64,000 bases of DNA. Source: Escherichia phage BP9. The stretch is from sequence record PP488543.1. One strand, given 5' to 3'. Below are positions 30,301-38,933 of the stretch, piece by piece. Under the pieces are notes generated by a model. It had not been told where the DNA came from and did not search any database. It saw only the letters and a list, made by a program, of their open reading frames with translations. A program made the position numbers and the translations under genes. Positions within the stretch are counted from its first letter, which is position 1. Each line of letters opens with the position of its first letter.

Positions 30301-31447
30301 TGGGTTGGACAATAAGCTGACTCAGACGAAGAAAGACTTGTCTGCGAATATTTCTGAAACTAATAACGCCACTGTTGATCTGATTAACGGCACAGCGTCA
30401 GCTATTCGTCAAGAACTTGCTGTTGCTAAGCAGGAGATCATTGATGGTGTTGGCGATGTGTCCGAGATCAGGGCTGCAGTAGCTACAACAGCTAAGGCTG
30501 TGACCGACTTAGAGGGTAAAGTAAATGCTCAGTGGGGTACAAAAATACAGGTAGACTCCGCAGGGAATAAATATGTTGCAGGTATCCAGTTGGGGATGGA
30601 AGGGTCTGGGGGCCAAGTTCAATCCTACTTCATGGTTAGTGCAAACAATTTTGCGGTATACAATCCTGGCAATGGAACAGCAACCCTTGCTTTCGCAATC
30701 AAGAACAACCAAGCGTTCTTGAAAGACGCTTTTATAGAGAATGGCACGATCTCCTCTGCCAAGATCGCACAAGAAATTTCGTCAAACAACTACGATGGCA
30801 ACGGGTACCATAAATACGGTTGGTATATTAACAAGAACGGGCACGCCCAATTTATGGATGTGTGGGTGAAAGGCAACATCAACGCCAGTTCTGGTAACTT
30901 CACAGGGGCAGTTAACGCCACTAGTGGTACCTTCCGTGGGGATGTTTATGCCAATAATGGTAGCTTTAGAGGCACCATAGATGCAACCGGAGGTACCTTC
31001 CGTGGTCGTGTAGAAGCTTCTGTTATCCGTGCCAACCAGTTCGAAGGTGCAATTGTTGCACACAGGACTTACGGGGATTGTGCTCCAGTATATAACTCTC
31101 AGCAAAGGGTTTGCCGTTGGAGGTGGAGATACGTAGATAACGTTTCAGGTCAGGGTAAGAACGTAACATTCTTCTTTAAACTGAACGGTACTCTTGCCAG
31201 CTCCCAACTGAATGCATGGATAGCTGGTCATCAGATCCTTGCTGGCAAGAAGTATTTTAACGACAACAACGGCATGTGTGCGGTAGGGATAACAGGTCTG
31301 GGTGAACAAACTATAGACATTGTTATCGAGATTTACACACCGTGGTCAACGTCGAGCGTGACAGGTGTCACAATCTCCTGTCCCACTGTGATAGTAAGTC
31401 GTTCAAACTCTAGCTTCCAGGGACCTTGGAACGAGTCTCACGACTAA
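27302..31447 (+). CDS. central tail fibre / host specificity protein (lambda gpJ-like) with inserted coiled-coil repeats
   Basis: 1381 aa; FN3-like segment and YVAGIQLGMEGSGG...FMVSANNFAVYNPGNG region parallel lambda J; 5-6 tandem TNKxTTDLLNxKTEALDxKL repeats. Confidence 0.75.
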   Translation: MPIAMIDNIVASARSSSYDWNASKAALADSLNTVTTRTLDKIFEGNKSYRSQQDRQKLLRSSAAPCSVVYGKTRTSGLLAFLEQDRDKTLHCAIVLANHPLEGIEDILIDGNPISSYGDLVSWELHNDRKTADPFMGTHCPSWSPDMIGRGISWLRASFKFDPNKFPFGLPNVTLVKVGKKCYDPRISKEVYTNNASLVILDYLRTYLKCPDETINWESFKEAANICDEAVKNADGTSERRYTINGEFDMDEAPASIMAEMLKACGADLSYVAGKYGLLVGAYYGPATMTLSEDCVCGEVKIYPEASFDKRSNTITGRFTSPTKGYSETDFPSVFVPEWIEKDGERKIIDIDYRFVTSPYQAQRVSAIFLRRARAGRIIEVTCNMRGFKFKPGRYVTMNLPSIGIVGQEMRVLEWEFTKKGGVKVKLRQDAKEWNDATGQLPDSGDVDIPISPSGVAQPQNFRYSVLQAGEITHGVLAWDNVGTYAQNIVQVRKNGEIVWTAQTVEQFVRVEGLTKGSYTATVVATSYKGGVSPEAYCEFNIQAPEAPVSVEVKQGYFAITLIPHSRDLASVSTQYDFWTSGMTRLPDTSDATVTSNATRMGVGSTWTSEGLQNDKVYYWYIRTTNAFGSSQFVECAARCYTSIEDLMPQIDAEFKKTETYKELMSTLDSSIEEVENRVTELNRYMDGRVDEAFDHMEGEFSRVDKLYAQLGDRVGIFIQETHDNFQDVNGTLTTLDQKLVATQNKFADDLSKESGKLASLIQTTNKATTDLLNQKTEALDEKIVSTRGELEDALAQESSELNSLIVSTNKTTTDLLNRKTEALDNKLTATKGELTNNLQNESAKLSSLIESTNKSTTDLLNKKTEALDEKLVAAQGELTEQIGDVEKGYLAGDKSLEGKLNTQRSELDASILSTNQATVDLLNRTSETLDQKISQTNATVSKNYTTLDGKINTAKSDLNTLISTTNKATTDLLNQKTAALTEQLTTAKGQITTNTNNITGLDNKLTQTKKDLSANISETNNATVDLINGTASAIRQELAVAKQEIIDGVGDVSEIRAAVATTAKAVTDLEGKVNAQWGTKIQVDSAGNKYVAGIQLGMEGSGGQVQSYFMVSANNFAVYNPGNGTATLAFAIKNNQAFLKDAFIENGTISSAKIAQEISSNNYDGNGYHKYGWYINKNGHAQFMDVWVKGNINASSGNFTGAVNATSGTFRGDVYANNGSFRGTIDATGGTFRGRVEASVIRANQFEGAIVAHRTYGDCAPVYNSQQRVCRWRWRYVDNVSGQGKNVTFFFKLNGTLASSQLNAWIAGHQILAGKKYFNDNNGMCAVGITGLGEQTIDIVIEIYTPWSTSSVTGVTISCPTVIVSRSNSSFQGPWNESHD
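29560..30440 (+). repeat. in-frame tandem coiled-coil repeats (about 37-40 aa units) inside J-like gene
   Basis: Protein-level repeats with synonymous divergence at DNA level. Confidence 0.7.
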
Positions 31448-31454
31448 CCTTTAA

Positions 31455-31483
31455 AGCCCCGCTTCGGCGGGGTTTATTTTTAT
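31455..31483 (+). terminator. intrinsic terminator (CCCCGCTTCGGCGGGG family)
   Basis: AGCCCCGC-TTCG-GCGGGGT then TTATTTTTAT. Confidence 0.85.
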
Positions 31484-31490
31484 GCTCAGA

Positions 31491-31519
31491 TTGACTATTG
31501 TTACAAAATTTGGTAAAAT
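31491..31519 (+). promoter_or_regulatory. sigma70-type promoter (TTGACT, 17 bp, TAAAAT with upstream TGG)
   Basis: -35 31491-31496, -10 31514-31519. Confidence 0.65.
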
Positions 31520-31552
31520 ACCTTGTAGAGATTTTCATACCGGAGGAGTGAC

Positions 31553-33043
31553 GTGGCTAAGTATGGATTGACAGAGGCTGGTTTCGTTATACCAACCCTA
31601 AATGACCTAATCGTTGAAACTAAGCAAAGCCTGATCCGTGCTTTTGGCGAAAACTTCAACGTACAGAGTAACTCCGTTGCAGATAAGCTGACCACTATCT
31701 TCAACGAGCGAGAGTATCAACTTATTCTTATGGCAGCATCTGTATACGCATCACAGACGCTGTATGGGGCAGAAGGTATTTACCTAGATGAGCTTCTTGG
31801 AAGACAGGGTATTTACCGAAGAGGCCGTTCTAAATCATCAGGTACCTGCCAGTTGACAATCAACACAACTGTGCCGTACAATATGATTTATGATTCCAAA
31901 ACTTATACGCTGGACAGTGGCAACTTTGTTCTTAGCAACGATGTGCAAGTAGCAGGGAATCTTATTGCTCACAGAATAAATGCTCCAGACCTAAGGATTG
32001 GGAAATACAACTTCCAAATTACCAACCAGACAGATGGAAGTATCAAAACAAAAAGCCTGGTTTTAACAGATAAGTCTCTGGACTCTTCTGATTTGCCAAG
32101 CTTTTACGGAGAGATTAAGCAATTCATTGTCGATAATACAACCCTGTTGAACGACGATTTGATTCAGATCGATATGTTGACAGGGACGTTGTGGATAGGG
32201 TACAATTCAAATCTTGATCAAGTTGGACTTAATAGCAGAGTAGATTTCAGAGTATCCCCGATTGTAGGGGAAAGAACTATCACACTGGATGTTATCGCTA
32301 ACGAGGCTGGTGAGCTGTCAAGAGAAGCAGAAACCGTGACAACAATGTCGCCTACTCCTAGTGGATTTATCAAGCTTACCAACCGAGAAAGATTCAATGA
32401 GGGCAGGGATGTTGAGAAAGACTCAGAGTATCGCTTAAGAGCTTCCAGCACAAAACAGTTAACATCGAAGGCTACCCGTCCTGCAATCCTTAGCGCTGTA
32501 AGCGAGGTAAAAGGTGTTGAGAAAGTGAGAGTGTTCTCCAACAACACCGATAAAACTGATGCTAAAGGTATACCTCCTTACAAGTTCCAAGTGGTTGTGT
32601 TTGGTGGTGCAACGGAGGACATTTGCCAAGCACTTTACCAAACTATAGCCTGTACGAACAGGACTTATGGTAATATTTTCTACGATATCACTACATCTGA
32701 CGGTCAAACTGAAAGAATTTATTACTCCAGGGCAAATACCTACCGCCTAGATGTAAGAATTACCTATTCCGGCGCTGCGCTTTCCACAACCGAAAAAGAT
32801 GCCATTGTAGAGGCTCTTTTGCAGGTTGTTAACGGACTTGATGTTGCAGATACGTTGTACAATATCCAATTGGTCGGTGCTGCATCCGCTGCTGTGTCGA
32901 TAGGTAGATTTAATAGACTGGTAATTCAAGTTAAACCAGTAGGAGCTTCTGATGAAGCTTACACGACAAACGATATTGTTGCGAACATGACCGAGGTGTT
33001 TGACCTCGACGAAAGTAATATAACTTTCCAACAAACTATTTAA
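31553..33043 (+). CDS. putative baseplate wedge protein (Baseplate_J-like)
   Basis: 496 aa; N-terminus MAKYGLTEAGFVIPTLNDL resembles baseplate J family; GTG start with SD GGAGG. Confidence 0.5.
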   Translation: MAKYGLTEAGFVIPTLNDLIVETKQSLIRAFGENFNVQSNSVADKLTTIFNEREYQLILMAASVYASQTLYGAEGIYLDELLGRQGIYRRGRSKSSGTCQLTINTTVPYNMIYDSKTYTLDSGNFVLSNDVQVAGNLIAHRINAPDLRIGKYNFQITNQTDGSIKTKSLVLTDKSLDSSDLPSFYGEIKQFIVDNTTLLNDDLIQIDMLTGTLWIGYNSNLDQVGLNSRVDFRVSPIVGERTITLDVIANEAGELSREAETVTTMSPTPSGFIKLTNRERFNEGRDVEKDSEYRLRASSTKQLTSKATRPAILSAVSEVKGVEKVRVFSNNTDKTDAKGIPPYKFQVVVFGGATEDICQALYQTIACTNRTYGNIFYDITTSDGQTERIYYSRANTYRLDVRITYSGAALSTTEKDAIVEALLQVVNGLDVADTLYNIQLVGAASAAVSIGRFNRLVIQVKPVGASDEAYTTNDIVANMTEVFDLDESNITFQQTI

Positions 33044-33054
33044 GGCGGCGAGAT

Positions 33055-33741
33055 ATGGCAGAGATTAAGTCGGATGTTAACCACATCCACACTCTGCCAG
33101 ATTTTGTTCAGGGAGGTCTTGACTACCTACCTGGAGATTTTCTGGCTGAGAAGGTTAATTTAGTCACATTCTTAACCGTATACCTTAAAAGGTTGGAGGA
33201 TGTTGATAAGATGCTGGTAGGTTTGGCTGAAGGAAGATTGCTTAACAATGCCAGCGGAAGATACCTTGACGAAGTTGGTAATCAATTTGGTATTCTTAGG
33301 AATGGACTTTCAGATGCTGATTTTCGTGCCACACTAATTATTCAGCAGGCCGCAGCATCAAGGGGCGGGACTCGCGAAGATGTCATCTCCACCTTGCGAC
33401 AATTGTTCGGAAGAGACAATTTCGATACGTGGAAAGGAGACAACTTCAGGTTTGACATAAATATTAGAAAAACTTGCTTTGACATATTGCAGTCTATCGA
33501 TCAGATCTTAGATATGCTACCATTGCCTTGTCATTTGCGTCTTACAGAATCGCAAGGGCAAGCTTTTGGTTTTGAAGGGGACTCTACAGCTCTTGGCTTC
33601 GGATCGGTGTGGGAAGAAAACCAATTCGGAGTTGGTGGGCTGGCTACTTTGCTGTATGTTCCTGACGTAAGACCTGATTGGGACACCACAACCATTTATT
33701 GTGAAAGTATTACAGTAAACGCAACTAGACAGGAGGGTTAA
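33055..33741 (+). CDS. hypothetical baseplate protein (gpI-like position)
   Basis: 228 aa following J-like baseplate gene. Confidence 0.3.
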   Translation: MAEIKSDVNHIHTLPDFVQGGLDYLPGDFLAEKVNLVTFLTVYLKRLEDVDKMLVGLAEGRLLNNASGRYLDEVGNQFGILRNGLSDADFRATLIIQQAAASRGGTREDVISTLRQLFGRDNFDTWKGDNFRFDINIRKTCFDILQSIDQILDMLPLPCHLRLTESQGQAFGFEGDSTALGFGSVWEENQFGVGGLATLLYVPDVRPDWDTTTIYCESITVNATRQEG

Positions 33742-35813
33742 TGGCAACAGCTGTTTTTAAACCTTACCGTGATTACTCTACAATGGCTGCACAGTTTCAT
33801 TACCGAACAGTTCAGGATACTGCCGTTCCTGGTAGGGATTATAATCATGTTGAGGGCGATGTAACTATCCCAATTGGGGCAACCAGTATTGAAATCCCAG
33901 TGGAAATTGTTGACAAATTACCCAACAGGTTACCAAGAAGCTTCTTTATGGAGTTTTCATCAAAATCTCAAGGGGTGATGATTGGGACACAAAGGGCAAA
34001 ATGTACAATAGTTTCAGATGAGAATCTTGACAGGATATCTTGGGATACTGTTGAGGAGAGAATGTTTCACCCAAGATATTGGGTTACAACCACCCAGCAG
34101 ACTGAAAGTACCTGTATTGTTGCAGATGACAACTGTTGTATTAACCGTTTAGTGTCAAGAACATATGGGGGTATGGCTGGGTGCATTTGGGAAACAGTTG
34201 ACAAGTATGACCATTTCGGTATTGGGTTTGATGATCACTATGAGATGAGAAATACCAAGCTTTGGTTCAGAATGTCAATAACCAATGCCAGCAACTTCTC
34301 CACTCCTGAAAAGATGATTATGACTGTAGACCTTGTTGATGGCACAATCATCTATGTTCCTTTAGCTCAATATGCTGTCAGCATCTCAGAGGATAAGAAT
34401 GTTGCAGAAATTCATATTGATTTTGAGGACTGCGTCGGGATGGACCAGAACAACAACATGATGGGTGTTGATCCTCGGCAGGTGAGAAGGATTTTAATAC
34501 CGCTCATGCCTAAAGACTGGGTAAGTAATAGCACAGACCCGAGAACGGAAAATGTAGAGTGCGAGTTGCGCTTAGACCTGCTTCAGCCAGACACAGGTTG
34601 GAAAATGATGCAACTTAACAATATTCAGGTTAAAGAGCACGACGTTGGGATCTGCACTGCATATGACGATATGTGGAACGTATCCCCTTTAAGGGTGTTG
34701 AACAATATCAAGCGTCTGGGCTATACCGGAACCATAAACCATTATGTTGGTATGAGTCATTATTATGACTACACGTGGTCAGGAACCCAATGGTCTATAA
34801 ACAGAACAGGGGCGCTAAACGCTGCAGCTTATAAATGGCATGATGATTTTATGTACAATGCCAAACGACATAACTTCGACGTTATGCAGTCTGTAAGTTT
34901 TGAGCTTTACAGCGATGCCTGCCCGTTGGAATGGACCCAAAGAGACTGGAACGATAACTACGCTAAAACAGGGTATACACCTTGTAGCTACCTCCTGTCT
35001 CCAACCATTGAAGAGGGTATGAATTTCCTTACTGCAGTATTTAAGAATTTTGCATCAGCCGCTATGAGAAACAACCTGCCAGTGATTATGCAGGTTGGTG
35101 AACCGTGGTGGTGGTACAATACCGATACTCGTAGACCTTGTATTTATGATTACCCTACAAAACAGGCGTTTTATGATGAGACAGGCGAGTATGCATTAGA
35201 TATTGGGACTATTGACGATCCTAAAACTGGCGGTGTTTACGATAAGTATGTAGCATTTTGTCGTGGTAAGCTTGGCGCTCGTATTGCGGCTATTTCAAAG
35301 GCAATAAAGGCACACGCTGCATCAGCTCAGATGACAGCTCTGCTGTTTTTCCCAACCATTATGGAAACCGAGCTTACGCAAAAGCTTAACCTTGCTGACC
35401 AATATAAAAAGGAAGCAGGTGCTCTTGATTTCTTCTGCACCGAGTGCTACGATTGGGTGATGCAGGGAGGTATTGAAAAGGCAAAAGAGTCTGTAAACAT
35501 ACCTATCGTTAAGTTAGGTTGGCAACCGTCTGAAATACAATACCTTGCAGGGTTCGTTCCTAGCAAAGAGCTTGCTCCGGTATATGGCTACGACCCAACC
35601 AGGAATTACCAAGAATTCTTATGGAGATGTATCTGCGGAAACATGGCAACTATAGAGTATAGATACCCTGAGGTAAAACAGTATGTGTGGGCATACCCGC
35701 AAGTAATGTCTGACAGCATTACTGTTACCGCTAGAGATTCTACCGTGCTTCATATGGGGCAGGTTGCTCTGAAAGGGTATGTAGAGGATGTTGTCCCGCC
35801 AGACTTCTCATAA
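33741..35813 (+). CDS. large baseplate/fibre-associated protein with N-terminal Calx-beta-like segment
   Basis: 690 aa; GRDYNHVEGDVTIPIGATSIEIPVEIVD resembles Calx-beta motif; Trp-rich C-terminal domain. Confidence 0.3.
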   Translation: MATAVFKPYRDYSTMAAQFHYRTVQDTAVPGRDYNHVEGDVTIPIGATSIEIPVEIVDKLPNRLPRSFFMEFSSKSQGVMIGTQRAKCTIVSDENLDRISWDTVEERMFHPRYWVTTTQQTESTCIVADDNCCINRLVSRTYGGMAGCIWETVDKYDHFGIGFDDHYEMRNTKLWFRMSITNASNFSTPEKMIMTVDLVDGTIIYVPLAQYAVSISEDKNVAEIHIDFEDCVGMDQNNNMMGVDPRQVRRILIPLMPKDWVSNSTDPRTENVECELRLDLLQPDTGWKMMQLNNIQVKEHDVGICTAYDDMWNVSPLRVLNNIKRLGYTGTINHYVGMSHYYDYTWSGTQWSINRTGALNAAAYKWHDDFMYNAKRHNFDVMQSVSFELYSDACPLEWTQRDWNDNYAKTGYTPCSYLLSPTIEEGMNFLTAVFKNFASAAMRNNLPVIMQVGEPWWWYNTDTRRPCIYDYPTKQAFYDETGEYALDIGTIDDPKTGGVYDKYVAFCRGKLGARIAAISKAIKAHAASAQMTALLFFPTIMETELTQKLNLADQYKKEAGALDFFCTECYDWVMQGGIEKAKESVNIPIVKLGWQPSEIQYLAGFVPSKELAPVYGYDPTRNYQEFLWRCICGNMATIEYRYPEVKQYVWAYPQVMSDSITVTARDSTVLHMGQVALKGYVEDVVPPDFS

Positions 35814-35825
35814 TCAGGAGATAAA

Positions 35826-36866
35826 ATGTCAAAACCTAGTTTTCCATTAGAGATTTGGGCAGAGGAGGATCAGGTTCTGCCTAACACCCACAGACAGAAC
35901 AGGCTACGCCCGATTGATGATTTGTGGAGAAAAGGTTGGGATCTTGGTCAAAAGCCCTCATGTGAAGAACTTAACTATATTTTCAATATGCTCGGAACTT
36001 GGGCAAAATACATTGCTGACGAGCAGATCCCCGCTCAAGAAGGCCGTTATCTGGTACGTGATAATAACTTGAGTGATCTTTTGAACATCCCTGTTGCCCG
36101 TAGAAACCTTGGGATTATTACCAAGGAAGAGGCAGACGCCAGGTATGTAAAAGTTACAGGTGATACAATGACAGGCCCGTTGGGTTTGCAACGTATCAAC
36201 TTTAAAGCTGCCGAGACAGATAAGGCTTGGATAGAGACAACTATTGGCCCAGATAAGACAACTCTCGACTTCGGGTTAAGTGATAATATTGGGTCGTTTG
36301 ATGATGGTGGTACATCTACAGTAGATGCGTTTCGTTGGAGATTCCAGCCAACTCAGCCGGATATTAATCCAGAGTTCACTTTGATGTACCTTAACGCGAT
36401 CACGGCGAACCGTGCGCTGTTGAAAGTGGTAGGCAATGTTGAAGTTGTCGATAACATGAGGTGCAATAACCTTACTATCAGCAATACAGCAACATTCACC
36501 AACTGTAATGTGGCTAGTCAGTTGACGGCCGGGTCAGTATATGTTAATGGTGGTGCAAGTTGTGACAGCATGGTTGTAAGAAGTCAGCACTGTGTTGTCG
36601 GTAACAGAAATGTGGTTCGCTCTGTGAACGGAGTGACGGCTAACGGTAACGGTGATGTAACGATCACTATCCCGCAGACAGGTGTGCAAGACATCAGAAT
36701 CGGTGCAAGACTTGTTGACGGCGTTTCTGAATCTCCAATTCGCAACGGCTACGTTGTCACAGGCTGGCATTTCGGTGACAAAAAAGAGATGCGTGGTTCA
36801 ACCTACTGGGCAGGACCTTTACAAAAACTTGTAAATGGTCAATGGATCACTGTTAATTATGCATAG
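35826..36866 (+). CDS. tail fibre protein (P2 gpH-like) copy 1
   Basis: 346 aa; conserved N-terminus (PLEIWAEED...KGWDLGQKP) and C-terminal tip QKLVNGQWITVNYA; followed by Tfa chaperone. Confidence 0.7.
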   Translation: MSKPSFPLEIWAEEDQVLPNTHRQNRLRPIDDLWRKGWDLGQKPSCEELNYIFNMLGTWAKYIADEQIPAQEGRYLVRDNNLSDLLNIPVARRNLGIITKEEADARYVKVTGDTMTGPLGLQRINFKAAETDKAWIETTIGPDKTTLDFGLSDNIGSFDDGGTSTVDAFRWRFQPTQPDINPEFTLMYLNAITANRALLKVVGNVEVVDNMRCNNLTISNTATFTNCNVASQLTAGSVYVNGGASCDSMVVRSQHCVVGNRNVVRSVNGVTANGNGDVTITIPQTGVQDIRIGARLVDGVSESPIRNGYVVTGWHFGDKKEMRGSTYWAGPLQKLVNGQWITVNYA

Positions 36867-36880
36867 ATCGGAGGACTAGC

Positions 36881-37465
36881 ATGAAAATACTTCAAGAGTT
36901 TAAACTTTACCAACCGGGATCTGGCGAATACCACGCCAACAAGGAAACCAAAGAGCTGACCCCTCAAGAGGTTGAGGATTACACCGCATACACTGGGTAT
37001 TTTTTACGTAATGATGATGGCGATTGGTATGTGCAGTCACGAACATTACGACAAGAAAATCCGGGTTGTATCTTCCTACTTGTTGACGAGAAGGGAATTC
37101 TTAAGACATCTACAGAAGAACCTGATGCCTTATGGCCTGCTCCAGGTCTTCGTGTGGTTATCGCCAAAAAAGAAGAGGTACCAGAAAACATTATGCTTCA
37201 CCACGACGCTTTGCGTTTAGTTGGTGATGAATTTGTCACAGATAATGAATTCTTTGTTCAACAGGCAGAGGGTGTCATAGAGACAGAACTTGCTTGGGCT
37301 ACTGCTAGAATTGGTGCCTATCAAGACATGATTGACCTTGAATATGATCTTACTGATGACCAGAAACGTAACATCAGGGATTTGAAAATGTACAGGGTAA
37401 AACTTCTTGAAATAGATACATCTAAAGCCCCTGACATTTTCTTCCCGGAGCGACCTACCCTCTAA
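36881..37465 (+). CDS. tail fibre assembly chaperone (Tfa / gpG-like)
   Basis: 194 aa; C-terminal ...AWATARIGAYQDMIDLEYDLT...LKMYRVKLLEID...FFPERP typical of Tfa family. Confidence 0.75.
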   Translation: MKILQEFKLYQPGSGEYHANKETKELTPQEVEDYTAYTGYFLRNDDGDWYVQSRTLRQENPGCIFLLVDEKGILKTSTEEPDALWPAPGLRVVIAKKEEVPENIMLHHDALRLVGDEFVTDNEFFVQQAEGVIETELAWATARIGAYQDMIDLEYDLTDDQKRNIRDLKMYRVKLLEIDTSKAPDIFFPERPTL

Positions 37466-37476
37466 GAGGAGGTGTT

Positions 37477-37791
37477 GTGGAGTTGGATTTGGCGGCATTG
37501 TACGGTATCTGCATGGGTACCGTTGTCCCGATCTGTGTATGGGCTTTCAACCAGTGGCACACCAAATGGAAAGGCATTTCCAAGAGGCTGGATGAACTGG
37601 AGAAAGACCTCATCTTAGTGAAAAACAGTATGGTTACAAAAGATAAACTTGATTCCGTTATCGAGACCCGGTTAAGCAAGCTAGAGGCCGATATTAACGA
37701 CCTTAAGCAGGATGTCAGGACAGATGTCTCCGGCATCAGAGCTGATGTACAAAAGATTTTGCACATGCTTGTAGAGCATAGTAAAAGGTAA
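37477..37791 (+). CDS. small membrane-anchored coiled-coil protein of unknown function
   Basis: 104 aa; N-terminal hydrophobic helix LAALYGICMGTVVPICVWAF then heptad-rich region; strong SD AAGAGGAGG; last gene before terminator. Confidence 0.5.
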   Translation: MELDLAALYGICMGTVVPICVWAFNQWHTKWKGISKRLDELEKDLILVKNSMVTKDKLDSVIETRLSKLEADINDLKQDVRTDVSGIRADVQKILHMLVEHSKR

Positions 37792-37800
37792 ACAAAGGTC

Positions 37801-37830
37801 AGAACGGAAAGGACTCCGTTCTTGCATTTT
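37801..37830 (+). terminator. intrinsic terminator
   Basis: AGAACGG-AAAGGACT-CCGTTCT then TGCATTTTGTT. Confidence 0.7.
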
Positions 37831-37850
37831 GTTCTCTAAAGTGTTAAAAT
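37822..37850 (+). promoter_or_regulatory. sigma70-type promoter (TTGCAT, 17 bp, TAAAAT)
   Basis: -35 37822-37827 overlaps terminator tail; -10 37845-37850. Confidence 0.55.
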
Positions 37851-37877
37851 AGTTCTAAGGAATTTTCTCAGGAGAAC

Positions 37878-38924
37878 GTGATGACTAAACCAGTTATCCC
37901 TCTTGATATTTGGGCCAATCAGGATGTTGTGCTTGAAAATACGGGAGAGTTGAATAAATCTCAACCAAAAAAAGAAGAGAGATTGAAAGGTTGGGATATG
38001 ACACAAAGAATGGCATGTGAAGTTGTTAACTTTGAACTTCACATGCTTTCTGCGTGGTTGAAGCATTTAACAGAAGATGTTGTCCCTGGATGGGATAATA
38101 GATTCTTAAGGGTCACTAATAATCTGGCAGACGTTCCAGACAAAGCTGCTGCACGTCAAGTTCTCAATGTATACTCGCCTGAAGAAATGGATGACCTTTA
38201 TGTTGACAAGACTGGAGACACAATGATCCAGACTCAAACTTTAGGTCTTCAAAGGATCGAGTTTGCATCTGCGTCAACAGACAATGCGGCGATATACACC
38301 ACCATAACTCCAGACAAGACGATGATGGATTTCTGGATTATGGACAACATCGGTGGTGCTGACGGCACAGACCTTGATGACCCTTCTCACCAAATAGACG
38401 GTTTCCGTTGGAGATTTCAACCTTCTGGTGGGCAGCCTGTGTTTTCGGCTATGAAGCTCAATGCTATAACTGCCAACCGTGCAAGACTGGCTATCCAAGG
38501 AAATCTTGAATGCAATGATGCAAAAAGCTCCTCTGCAAATGCTAATGCGGTAACGATACCAAGAGCCACTGTTAATGGGCAACAATCCTGCGGCAGCGCT
38601 CAAATAGGTGGAAGAGTAGATTGTAACGATAAAACCGCCAGGGGTCAATATGCAACAGTTGGTGGAAGAAACGTGGTCCGCAGGGTAAATGGTAGTAGCG
38701 CAGATAGCAGTGGTAACCTTACTATTCCTATGCCTAGTAGGGGTGTTGAAGATGTAAGGATAGCAAACCGTTTCAGAACCACCTATAGAGAATCAAGAGT
38801 ATACCCTGGGCATGTAATGTGCTCCGGCAATTACGCCTATAAACACCCGTATCAGGGCGACTATTGGACTGGAGCTATTCAAAAATTTGTAAACGGTCAA
38901 TGGATCACCATATCTTATGCTTAA
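37878..38924 (+). CDS. tail fibre protein (P2 gpH-like) copy 2
   Basis: 348 aa; paralog of 35826 ORF (PLDIWANQD...KGWDMTQRM; tip QKFVNGQWITISYA); start GTG 37878 or ATG 37881 after SD AGGAGA. Confidence 0.7.
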   Translation: MMTKPVIPLDIWANQDVVLENTGELNKSQPKKEERLKGWDMTQRMACEVVNFELHMLSAWLKHLTEDVVPGWDNRFLRVTNNLADVPDKAAARQVLNVYSPEEMDDLYVDKTGDTMIQTQTLGLQRIEFASASTDNAAIYTTITPDKTMMDFWIMDNIGGADGTDLDDPSHQIDGFRWRFQPSGGQPVFSAMKLNAITANRARLAIQGNLECNDAKSSSANANAVTIPRATVNGQQSCGSAQIGGRVDCNDKTARGQYATVGGRNVVRRVNGSSADSSGNLTIPMPSRGVEDVRIANRFRTTYRESRVYPGHVMCSGNYAYKHPYQGDYWTGAIQKFVNGQWITISYA

Positions 38925-38933
38925 AGAGGGTAA

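Noticed and set aside
29560-30440. Tandem repeats considered as a possible CRISPR array or VNTR
   Set aside because: The repeats are in-frame, protein-coding and codon-divergent, with no spacer architecture; they are coiled-coil repeats within the J-like gene.
37477-37791. Single-TM coiled-coil protein considered as an i-spanin
   Set aside because: No adjacent or embedded lipoprotein (o-spanin) partner and no nearby holin or endolysin; placed at the end of a fibre operon instead.
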